This document shows, one piece after another, positions 1-7,367 of a stretch of DNA of 37,741 nucleotides. The position numbers were made by a program, and so were the translations under genes. A model generated the notes under the pieces. That model saw only the letters and a program-made list of their open reading frames with translations, was not told the DNA's origin and did not search any database. Each line of letters begins with the position of its first letter. The stretch's first letter is position 1. Source of the stretch: Candidatus Liptonbacteria bacterium. GTDB lineage: Bacteria; Patescibacteriota; Minisyncoccia; UBA6257; Colwellbacteraceae. The stretch is from assembly GCA_019923695.1 (NCBI GenBank), contig JAHXGO010000002.1, forward strand, positions 1 through 37,741, in the 5' to 3' direction.

Positions 1-40
1 GCTGGGCGGACAAAAAAACGGAATCAAAAAATAAATTAAA

Positions 41-2620
41 ATGGTTTCGCTTCAAAATTCTTTATCCGAAGTAAAAGGCATTGGCCCGAAGTTTATCGCA
101 AAACTCAAACGGCTTAAAATAGAAACCGTAAAAGATATTTTATGGCACTTTCCCGTTTATTATCAGGATTGGAATAAAATCACTTTAATAAAAAACTTAA
201 AAGCCGGTGAAAGAGCGGTAATTAAAGCAAAAATTTTAAATATTAAATATCGAAGAACCTGGAGAAAGAAAATGGCTGTCATTGAAGCTCTGATTAATGA
301 CGGTTCTGGGACAATTAGGGTTATTTGGTTTAATCAATATTACATAAAAAATATTTTAACTAAAGGAAAAGCCGCTTTTTTTGCCGGAAAAGTTATGGCT
401 AGCCCGGACGATATTTATCTTTCCAACCCTCATTATGAAATAATCAACGAACAAAACGAAAAACCTTTTTTAACCGGTCTTTTGCCAATATACCCTGAAG
501 TTAAAGGTCTTACCTCAAAAGGTATCAGATTTGTCATAAAAAAAATTATTCCTTCACTTGAAATAATTCAAGAATTTGTCCCAAAAAAAATTTTAACTGA
601 TTACGGTTTACCAGAAATAAATAAGGCAATCTTTCAAATCCATAACCCTGGAACAGAAAAAGAAGCGCAATTAGCAAGAAAAAGATTTGAATTTGAGGAG
701 TTGTTTCTTCTTCAGTTAAACAACCTTACCCAAAAAAGAAAATTAAGAAATGAAAAAGCCATTCAAATCCAAACTGACATTGAGTTTATAAAAAAAATAA
801 TAGAGAGTCTTCCGTTTAAACTTACTTTCCCTCAAAAGAGAAGCTTATGGGAAATTCTGCAGAATCTAAATCGTCAATTTCCGATGAACAGGCTTCTTCA
901 AGGAGATGTGGGTTCAGGTAAAACCGTAGTCGCGGCCATAGCGTCGGTTCTAACCGCAAAAAACGGCTTTCAGGCCTGTTTTATGGCGCCAACCGAAATT
1001 CTGGCTAATCAGCATTATCAAACTTTCAAAAAATTATTCGGTCAATTTAACTACCCTATTGCTCTGCTAACATCAAAATCCGCCATTATCTTTTACGCTG
1101 AAGGATTGGAAACCGAAATTAAAAAACAAAAAATCATTGAAGACATAAAAAACGGAAAAATAAAAATAATAATTGGAACACATGCTTTGATCCAAAAAAA
1201 CATAATTTTCAACAACCTGGCTTTTGTGGTGATTGATGAACAGCATAGGTTCGGCGTTCGTCAACGAGCCTTACTGACACAATCTCAAGTCGTCAATACA
1301 TCCGAGTTTATAAACAATGATAAAATTGCAGAAAAAAAATTATTCTCTAAGTTAAAAAATATTTTTTTAAAAATTCAAGAAGAAATAGGAAGTTTTTGTC
1401 AGGAGGAACAATATGCTGATGTATTAGAAAAAAAATTGAAAGAAGAAAAAATAAATTTTAAAAGAGAGCTCCCAACTGAAGTTGAAGATAAAAAACCCAA
1501 TTTTATTAATTTTATCATTGAAAACAGAATTTTAATTAATCTTAAATCAAAGCCGCTTATAGAAAAAAGTGATTACTATCAAATGAAGTATTGTTTAGAA
1601 ATTACTAATTTGGAATTGGGTTTAATAATAAATTTTCAAGATAAATATCTAAAGTTAAAAAGAATTTTAGGAGATAAAAAAATTGTAAACTCGAATAACT
1701 TAATGGTTTCAAATCAGTTTTTACCGCATTTTCTTTCTATGTCAGCCACTCCGATTCCACGCACATTGGCAATCACGATTTTTGGAGATCTTGACCTTTC
1801 AATTATTGACGAACTTCCTTTGGGAAGAAAACCAATTATCACAAAAATAGTGGCTCCAATAAACAGAAATAAAGCTTATGATTTCATTCACGATCAAGTT
1901 AAAAAAGGAAAACAAGTTTTTGTTATCTGCCCCAGGATAGACAATGCGCGGACCGAAACAGATTATGAACAAACTAACCCAGATAATCAGTATGAGTCCG
2001 TGTCAAATAAACATAGGCCTACTTTATTATGGGAAGTCAAAGCAGTCAAAGAAGAATACAAAAAACTATCAGAAGAAATATTCCCCGACCTTAAAGTAGC
2101 GATGGTTCACGGCAAAATAAAAGCAAAAGAAAAAAACCAGATTATTTCCGACTTCAAAGACAAAAAATATGATATTCTTGTTTCTACTTCTGTTGTTGAG
2201 GTTGGGGTGGATATCCCCAACGCTACAATTATGATGATTGAAGGAGCGGAAAAATTCGGTTTAGCTCAACTTTACCAATTCAGAGGCCGAGTCGGAAGAA
2301 ATATTTACCAGTCTTTTTGTTTTCTTTTTACCGACTCATTTTCAAAAGCAACCCATTACAGATTAAGAGCTTTAATTGAAGCAAAAAACGGCTTTGAGCT
2401 TGCCGAAAAAGATTTACGGATTAGAGGTCCGGGAGAATTTTTAGGGACAGAACAAACCGGATTGCCGGATACGGCAATGAGGGCCCTAAAAAATCCAAAA
2501 TTAATTAAAGAAAGTCGCGAAGCCAGCCAAAAAATTCTAAACAAAGACCCATATTTAGACACTTATCCTTTGTTAAAAAATAAACTTTCGACTTTTCAAA
2601 AAGCAATCCACTTGGAATGA
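41..2620 (+). CDS. recG: ATP-dependent DNA helicase RecG with an inserted GxxExxY (PD-(D/E)xK-fold) domain
   Basis: Motifs QGDVGSGKT, MAPTEILA, DEQHRFG, SATPIPRT, QFRGRVGR and DLRIRGPGE. 859 aa, longer than typical RecG because of an insert of about 145 aa and one of about 28 aa. Confidence 0.97.
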   Translation: MVSLQNSLSEVKGIGPKFIAKLKRLKIETVKDILWHFPVYYQDWNKITLIKNLKAGERAVIKAKILNIKYRRTWRKKMAVIEALINDGSGTIRVIWFNQYYIKNILTKGKAAFFAGKVMASPDDIYLSNPHYEIINEQNEKPFLTGLLPIYPEVKGLTSKGIRFVIKKIIPSLEIIQEFVPKKILTDYGLPEINKAIFQIHNPGTEKEAQLARKRFEFEELFLLQLNNLTQKRKLRNEKAIQIQTDIEFIKKIIESLPFKLTFPQKRSLWEILQNLNRQFPMNRLLQGDVGSGKTVVAAIASVLTAKNGFQACFMAPTEILANQHYQTFKKLFGQFNYPIALLTSKSAIIFYAEGLETEIKKQKIIEDIKNGKIKIIIGTHALIQKNIIFNNLAFVVIDEQHRFGVRQRALLTQSQVVNTSEFINNDKIAEKKLFSKLKNIFLKIQEEIGSFCQEEQYADVLEKKLKEEKINFKRELPTEVEDKKPNFINFIIENRILINLKSKPLIEKSDYYQMKYCLEITNLELGLIINFQDKYLKLKRILGDKKIVNSNNLMVSNQFLPHFLSMSATPIPRTLAITIFGDLDLSIIDELPLGRKPIITKIVAPINRNKAYDFIHDQVKKGKQVFVICPRIDNARTETDYEQTNPDNQYESVSNKHRPTLLWEVKAVKEEYKKLSEEIFPDLKVAMVHGKIKAKEKNQIISDFKDKKYDILVSTSVVEVGVDIPNATIMMIEGAEKFGLAQLYQFRGRVGRNIYQSFCFLFTDSFSKATHYRLRALIEAKNGFELAEKDLRIRGPGEFLGTEQTGLPDTAMRALKNPKLIKESREASQKILNKDPYLDTYPLLKNKLSTFQKAIHLE

Positions 2621-2839
2621 TAGTTTCGTCTACAATCTGCATAAATTCAGATATATAAATTTTTTTTAGATGGCAAAAATATCTTAACGAAGGAGGCGAA
2701 AAACTAAACACTGTTCTGACAACAAAACGAATTTGTATTATTCTGAAAGCCACAAAAAATTTCATCACTAAAAATCTTCTTATGAAAAGATAGATAAAAA
2801 AGTTATTTGTCTCATTTAAATTAAAATATATTTCGACAA

Positions 2840-3109
2840 AAAAATATCATTTATTTTTATAACTTTCTTAAATACCCAAGAATGAACGCTGTTGCAGAGA
2901 GACCTAACCGAACCTTACGAGAGGAATTCATTGATTGGGATAAAGAGACTTTGGCTTGCGATTTAGAGAGATTCAACAAAAAGTTCATTAACTGGCTTGT
3001 GTGATATAATACCCAAAAGTCTCATTACATTTCCCAAAACAAGCTGTCTCCTGTACAATTTATGATATCAATACGATATTCCATTATCCAAAGAGGTTGA
3101 TTGGATACA
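2840..3109 (+). pseudogene. Decayed IS481-family (rve/integrase-core) transposase, C-terminal remnant
   Basis: Frame from 2840 reads KNIIYFYNFLKYPRMNAVAERPNRTLREEFIDW...FINWLV*YNTQKSH...SPVQF...G*LDT. This matches the integrase-core pattern PxxNxxxERxNRTLxEEF...YNxxRPH...SP. In-frame TGA at 3002 and 3098; ends in ACA at 3107-3109, like IS481 termini. More degraded sequence probably extends upstream to about 2650. Confidence 0.8.
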
Positions 3110-3218
3110 TGGTTTTTTATTTCAAAATAAATGGGGTTGGGATAAATATATAATTAAAAAACACCCGGGAATTAAAAAGATTTTTTCTTTCAAGAGAGAA
3201 GCTGAGCAGATAAAATTT

Positions 3219-3809
3219 TTGAAAAAATATATTATTGAATTTAGAAAAGAAAATAAAAAACTAATAGAAGAAAATAAAACAAGATACCAAAAAGAATGGC
3301 AAAAAATTGAAAAAGATTTTTTCATTGTACTTCCAAAAATTTTGCAAATTGATTGGCCTCAAGATAAAACAATTAGGGCTATGATTTCTATCAACCCAAT
3401 TTGCCCTCGTTTCTTAAATGATTGGAGTTTCTCTATTTTTTATAACTACAAAAAATCATCTCATGCGATGGAAGTTATTATGCACGAGTGTTGCCATTTT
3501 TTGTATTTTGAAAAATGGAAACTATTATATCCAAAAGTAAATAATAAAAAATTTGAATCGCCTTATTTAGAGTGGCATTTGAGCGAAATTTTAGCGCCAA
3601 TCATCTTAGGTGACATACGAATTCAAAAAATGTTAAAACGTAAGGCAGATTTTTATACCGAACATAAAAGAATAAAAATAGGTGATAAAACTGCTCCTAA
3701 ATATTTTAATGATTTATATAATAAAACCGCCAAAAGTAAAAATTTTGATGAATTTTTAAAAGAATCTTATCAGAGAATTAAAAAGAATAATGAATTATTT
3801 AAAATATAA
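3219..3809 (+). CDS. HExxH zinc-metallopeptidase-like protein, probably 5'-truncated
   Basis: MEVIMHECCHFLYF motif plus a downstream Glu in WHLSEILA. The frame stays open upstream of the TTG, through the IS end at about 3110, with no ATG. Confidence 0.7.
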   Translation: MKKYIIEFRKENKKLIEENKTRYQKEWQKIEKDFFIVLPKILQIDWPQDKTIRAMISINPICPRFLNDWSFSIFYNYKKSSHAMEVIMHECCHFLYFEKWKLLYPKVNNKKFESPYLEWHLSEILAPIILGDIRIQKMLKRKADFYTEHKRIKIGDKTAPKYFNDLYNKTAKSKNFDEFLKESYQRIKKNNELFKI

Positions 3810-3847
3810 AGTCCAATCGGCGTTTTAATTTTTGATGATTTTCGGCG

Positions 3848-3935
3848 AGCGGGCAAAAAATTTCCTCCCCCCTCAAATTTACCCTCGTAGGGAAACTTTG
3901 TTTCTCCTTCGGGGTTCCCCAAATTCTTGCCCGCT
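3848..3935 (+). other. GC-rich multi-branched stem-loop element
   Basis: Outer stem agcgggcaa (3848-3856)/ttgcccgct (3927-3935) encloses hairpins ccct-cgt-aggg, gaaac-ttt-gtttc and tcc-TTCG-ggg. Confidence 0.55.
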
Positions 3936-3975
3936 ACCTGCATAAATCAATAGATTATGCTATTTTCATACTAGA

Positions 3976-3996
3976 AAAAACTCACTGTGAGTTTTT
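3976..3996. promoter_or_regulatory. Perfect inverted repeat (terminator or operator) upstream of the Cys-rich peptide
   Basis: aaaaactca-ctg-tgagttttt. Confidence 0.4.
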
Positions 3997-4036
3997 CAAA
4001 ATCAAGCACTTTTACAACCGAAAGGAGATGAGAAGA

Positions 4037-4180
4037 ATGAATGAGTCGGAAATTCTCGTCGTCCCCGATACCGAGACGCGCGTGCGAGTCGCCGAAAAAA
4101 TCGACCTCAAAGATGCGGTCGATGTGCGACCCTGCGACTGCACATCCTGCAGTTCCTGTAGATGCACTCCGTGCAAGTAG
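4037..4180 (+). CDS. 47-aa Cys-rich small peptide, RiPP-precursor-like (not in ORF track)
   Basis: AAAGGAG SD at 4021-4027, 9 nt before the ATG. MNESEILVVPDTETRVRVAEKIDLKDAVDVRPCDCTSCSSCRCTPCK*. 80/144 nt G+C by hand count. Alternative ATG at 4028. Confidence 0.8.
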   Translation: MNESEILVVPDTETRVRVAEKIDLKDAVDVRPCDCTSCSSCRCTPCK

Positions 4181-4380
4181 TACGGCATCACTAAAGACCC
4201 GAACATGTCTATAAACTGCTCTTTTTCTTTGTAAAATAAATTATTAATTATATATTGCATCGGGGATATTTATTTTAATGTCCAATGTGATCTTTCTGTA
4301 TTATACCACGCAAATCAATCAATAAATTTTCTGTTGAATCTCTCTAAATCATAAACTAAGGTCTCTCTTTTAAGACATCG

Positions 4381-4564
4381 TTATATGTAAAAATCTCGAG
4401 TATTATTTACACTTTTAATTTTATATTCAAGGACAGGTTGTCTTGAAGAACATCTTACAGATGCGCTGGGCTTGGTGTCGCCGCTGGAGCAAAAATATTC
4501 TGGTTCTGAAAGACAATCTGTCCGAAAATGTAAACAACGCTATGAAATTTTACACGTTATATAA
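4381..4564. repeat. Hairpin-forming dispersed element, copy 1 (MITE-like or structured ncRNA)
   Basis: Near-identical to 32359-32533; nested inverted repeats with TGTAA...TTACA ends. Confidence 0.85.
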
Positions 4565-4705
4565 ACAAGCAAAACCTTTAATACCATAACTAATGCTTAT
4601 TATTTTCATACATATTTAAACTCCTACAGAGTCCAATATGTATCTGAACTTATGCGCCCCTTATATCAAACGGCGCGCTACTCACTATAGCGAACCGTAA
4701 ATTCG

Positions 4706-5014
4706 CTATTCAGTTTTAATAATCTTAACTTCAGTAAAAAGTTGACGGTGTCCTTTCTTTTTTCTATAACGAGTTTTTGATTGATAGCGAAAAACTATTT
4801 TTTTATCTCCTTTGCCTTGGCATAAAACTTCCGCTTCCACTTTTCCGTTTTTAAGATACGGCTCGCCTATTTCAACATTTGCGTTATTGGCCTTAAGTAA
4901 AACTTTCTCAAAAAAAACGCTGGCGCCTTTTTCGCCTTTAATTTTTTCTATTTTTATTATATCGCCGGCTGAAACCAAATATTGTTTTCCGCCACTTTCA
5001 ATAACTACTAACAT
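4706..5014 (-). CDS. rplU: 50S ribosomal protein bL21
   Basis: VIESGGKQYLV...KKKGHRQLFT. Confidence 0.97.
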   Translation of the reverse strand: MLVVIESGGKQYLVSAGDIIKIEKIKGEKGASVFFEKVLLKANNANVEIGEPYLKNGKVEAEVLCQGKGDKKIVFRYQSKTRYRKKKGHRQLFTEVKIIKTE

Positions 5015-5023
5015 TAAAATATC

Positions 5024-5326
5024 TTACCAAAAAAAAATCCGAGATGCAACTGAAACGAAAATTATAGCGCTTACAAATAAACTTACCGCGCCAAAAATAT
5101 AAGAAACAACCCTTTCTCTTTTAAAAACAAATTCAGCCAAAACAAAATTCATTACCACAATAAAAAAATTAATGCCGACTATTTTTAAGATAGAAATTTG
5201 GTCACCGATAAAACCGGTTATTATAATAAAATTCCCCTCTATTTCAAAAACAGCGATTAAAAACGAAGACAAAACAAAAAATAAAGCTAATAAATATATC
5301 CCAAAATAATAAAATCTTTTTTTCAT
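5024..5326 (-). CDS. Hypothetical membrane protein
   Basis: Three hydrophobic segments; tightly packed between tRNA-Glu and rplU. Confidence 0.75.
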   Translation of the reverse strand: MKKRFYYFGIYLLALFFVLSSFLIAVFEIEGNFIIITGFIGDQISILKIVGINFFIVVMNFVLAEFVFKRERVVSYIFGAVSLFVSAIIFVSVASRIFFW

Positions 5327-5349
5327 TTTTTTAATATTTCTTCTTTAAA

Positions 5350-5422
5350 CGCCCCCACGGGGAATCGAACCCCGGTTTTCGGATTGAGAACCCGACGTCC
5401 TAGGCCTCTAGACGATAGGGGC
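5350..5422 (-). tRNA. tRNA-Glu(CTC), CCA not encoded
   Basis: Reverse complement GCCCCTATCGTCTAGAGGCCTAGGACGTCGGGTT-CTC-AATCCGAAAACCGGGGTTCGATTCCCCGTGGGGGCG folds as a cloverleaf with GTTCGA T-loop. Confidence 0.96.
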
Positions 5423-5514
5423 CAAATAATTTATTTAATCTGATAATTGAAGAATAATCTTAATACTTCTCCAATAGTTAATCAAATTTCATTTTAATCA
5501 ATAAAGCAATAATT

Positions 5515-6852
5515 TTACTTCAGCCATTTCCCATATTGACGAGGCAATAATTGCCCTGCCTTTGCCGGTTCTGCCATTATTTTAAAACTGATTTTCTCCA
5601 TTCTGACGCCTTGAGAGCCTTTAACAAGAATCAAATCATTCGGTTTGATTATTTTTTCAATATTTATTTTTGCTTCATCAGAGTTTGCAAAACTTATGAC
5701 CAAGGGGCAATCTATGACCAAGGGGCAATCTATGACCAAGGGGCAATCTGAAATATTTTTTTTTATAAATTTTGTTTTTCTCGCGCCTTCAGCTATAAAT
5801 TTTGCTTTTGTCCCAACCGTAATCAAAACATCAACAAAACCAGCAGCTAATTTTCCAATATTTTTATGAGCTTCAACAGAATACTCCCCCAATTCTAACA
5901 TATCTCCTAAAATCGCCACCTTTCTTTTTGCTTTCAAATCTTTCAAAACATCAAGCGCTTCTTTTGCTGAAGATGGCGAAGTATTATAAGAATCATCAAT
6001 AAGATAACAAGATTTAATTCCTTTAATAAGTTTTAATCTCCCGGGCAAAGATTGATAAAAAGGAAAAATATCAGCCATTTCCTTAAGAGTAAAACCTAAA
6101 ATTAACCCCACGGCCGCGCTAACTGCTGTCGCGTAAGCCTGGCCCTTGCCAAAAACTCCGTCAATTTTAACTGTTACGCTTTGTTTTTGATATTGTAATT
6201 TAAAAATAATACCTAAAGGATTATACCCCTGACAACAATTTTTAAAACCGGTAATTCTGACATCAGCGCCTTTATTAAATCCGTAAGTTAAAACTTTTGC
6301 TTTTGTTAAATTTTTTGAGGAAAGAACCGTTTTGTCGTCAAAATTTAATATCGCGAAACCTTTTTCCGATAAACTTGAAATTATTTTTGCATCCTCTTCA
6401 GCCACTTCTTTTGGACAACTATAAAATTCAACATGAACCGGCACATCCGAAGAAGAAACAAAAACACCAATCAAAGGACTAGTAACTTGCAGTAAATAAT
6501 CAATGTCTTTTGGCTTATCGGCGCCATACTCTAAAATAAGAAATTTAGGGTAATCGCTTTTAAAAATAATTTTAAAAAAAGCCAAAAAAAACACTTTTAA
6601 CCAAAATAAAAACCCGCCGGTTTGATAATACTCGCCTAAAATAGTTAGAGGTAAGCCGATTTCATTGTTAAAACTTCCGCGACTTGCCCGAACTTTGTTC
6701 TTAGCTTTCAAAACATTGTATATCGCCTCTTTGGTTGAACTTTTGCCAACCGTGCCTGACACCCCTATAATTATCGGTTTATATTTTAAAATAATTAATC
6801 GGCTAAAGTGTTTTAAAAGAAAAATTAGAATTTTTAATAAAATTTTTCGCAT
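5515..6852 (-). CDS. murF: UDP-N-acetylmuramoyl-tripeptide--D-Ala-D-Ala ligase (MurF-type Mur ligase)
   Basis: GTVGKSSTKE, NNEIGLPLT, IDDSYN, LGDMLELG, LVKGSQ; dcw context. Confidence 0.92.
   Translation of the reverse strand: MRKILLKILIFLLKHFSRLIILKYKPIIIGVSGTVGKSSTKEAIYNVLKAKNKVRASRGSFNNEIGLPLTILGEYYQTGGFLFWLKVFFLAFFKIIFKSDYPKFLILEYGADKPKDIDYLLQVTSPLIGVFVSSSDVPVHVEFYSCPKEVAEEDAKIISSLSEKGFAILNFDDKTVLSSKNLTKAKVLTYGFNKGADVRITGFKNCCQGYNPLGIIFKLQYQKQSVTVKIDGVFGKGQAYATAVSAAVGLILGFTLKEMADIFPFYQSLPGRLKLIKGIKSCYLIDDSYNTSPSSAKEALDVLKDLKAKRKVAILGDMLELGEYSVEAHKNIGKLAAGFVDVLITVGTKAKFIAEGARKTKFIKKNISDCPLVIDCPLVIDCPLVISFANSDEAKINIEKIIKPNDLILVKGSQGVRMEKISFKIMAEPAKAGQLLPRQYGKWLK
5695..5748. repeat. Perfect 3 x 18-bp tandem repeat inside murF
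   Basis: (tatgaccaaggggcaatc)x3, encoding (DCPLVI)x3. Confidence 0.98.
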
Positions 6853-6925
6853 TTGTTAAAATAAATAAGCTATGGCAAAACAAAACTTAAGATATTCAAA
6901 TCTTATTTTATTATAACAATTTAGA

Positions 6926-7024
6926 TTAATATAGCGAATAATAAGCCGCTCAATATGTTGAGCTCGAGACTCGCTATAACAAACTGTAAATATATTATAT
7001 CGAACCTACGGTTCGCTATAATAT
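6926..7024. repeat. Array of 12-bp palindromic cores at 24/21-bp spacing
   Basis: Cores at 6926, 6950, 6971, 6992, 7013 (e.g. ttaatatagcga, tcaatatgttga, tcgctataacaa). Confidence 0.75.
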
Positions 7025-7100
7025 ATTTGACAATCTTCATTACACAACGCTTTGCTACTATGACACATCATAGCGCTATGCTATAGCATAGATATTATTA

Positions 7101-7138
7101 TTACTATTATATTTTCCGATCGGAAAGTATAATAGTAA
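7101..7138. repeat. 38-bp near-perfect palindrome
   Basis: ttactattatattttccga|tcggaaagtataatagtaa, one mismatch, no loop. Confidence 0.85.
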
Positions 7139-7367
7139 AGTAGAATTAAAATAAAAAATATACTCAATGAAAAACTGCCTAAAAGTCTTTTGGCCGGGTA
7201 AGCGCGGGCAGTTTTTCTAACAGGGCCAACCCCGTTAAAAATCCCCGCCAAAAACGGGGCAATCTACCTTTGGTAGTCTACTTCTTTTATTATTTATTTT
7301 ACCACCTCTTTCCCAAAATATTAGTTCTGTATTAATCTATATCAAATCTAATAATTCGTTTGATTCA

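Noticed and set aside
1276-1720. Intein or self-splicing intron in recG
   Set aside because: No Hint-domain blocks, no terminal His-Asn followed by Cys/Ser/Thr, and no group I/II intron structure; the frame is continuous.
3002-3100. TGA at two expected Trp positions suggesting stop-codon recoding
   Set aside because: TGA terminates recG, rpmF, rplW and the M50 gene, and Trp is TGG elsewhere; these are pseudogene TGG>TGA mutations.
4012-4260. 82-aa minus-strand ORF from the track
   Set aside because: Antisense to the Cys-rich peptide, which has the SD, codon bias and motif; no recognisable features.
5551-5869. Plus-strand ORFs with YDQGAI or MTKGQS repeats
   Set aside because: Shadow frames of the 18-bp tandem inside murF.
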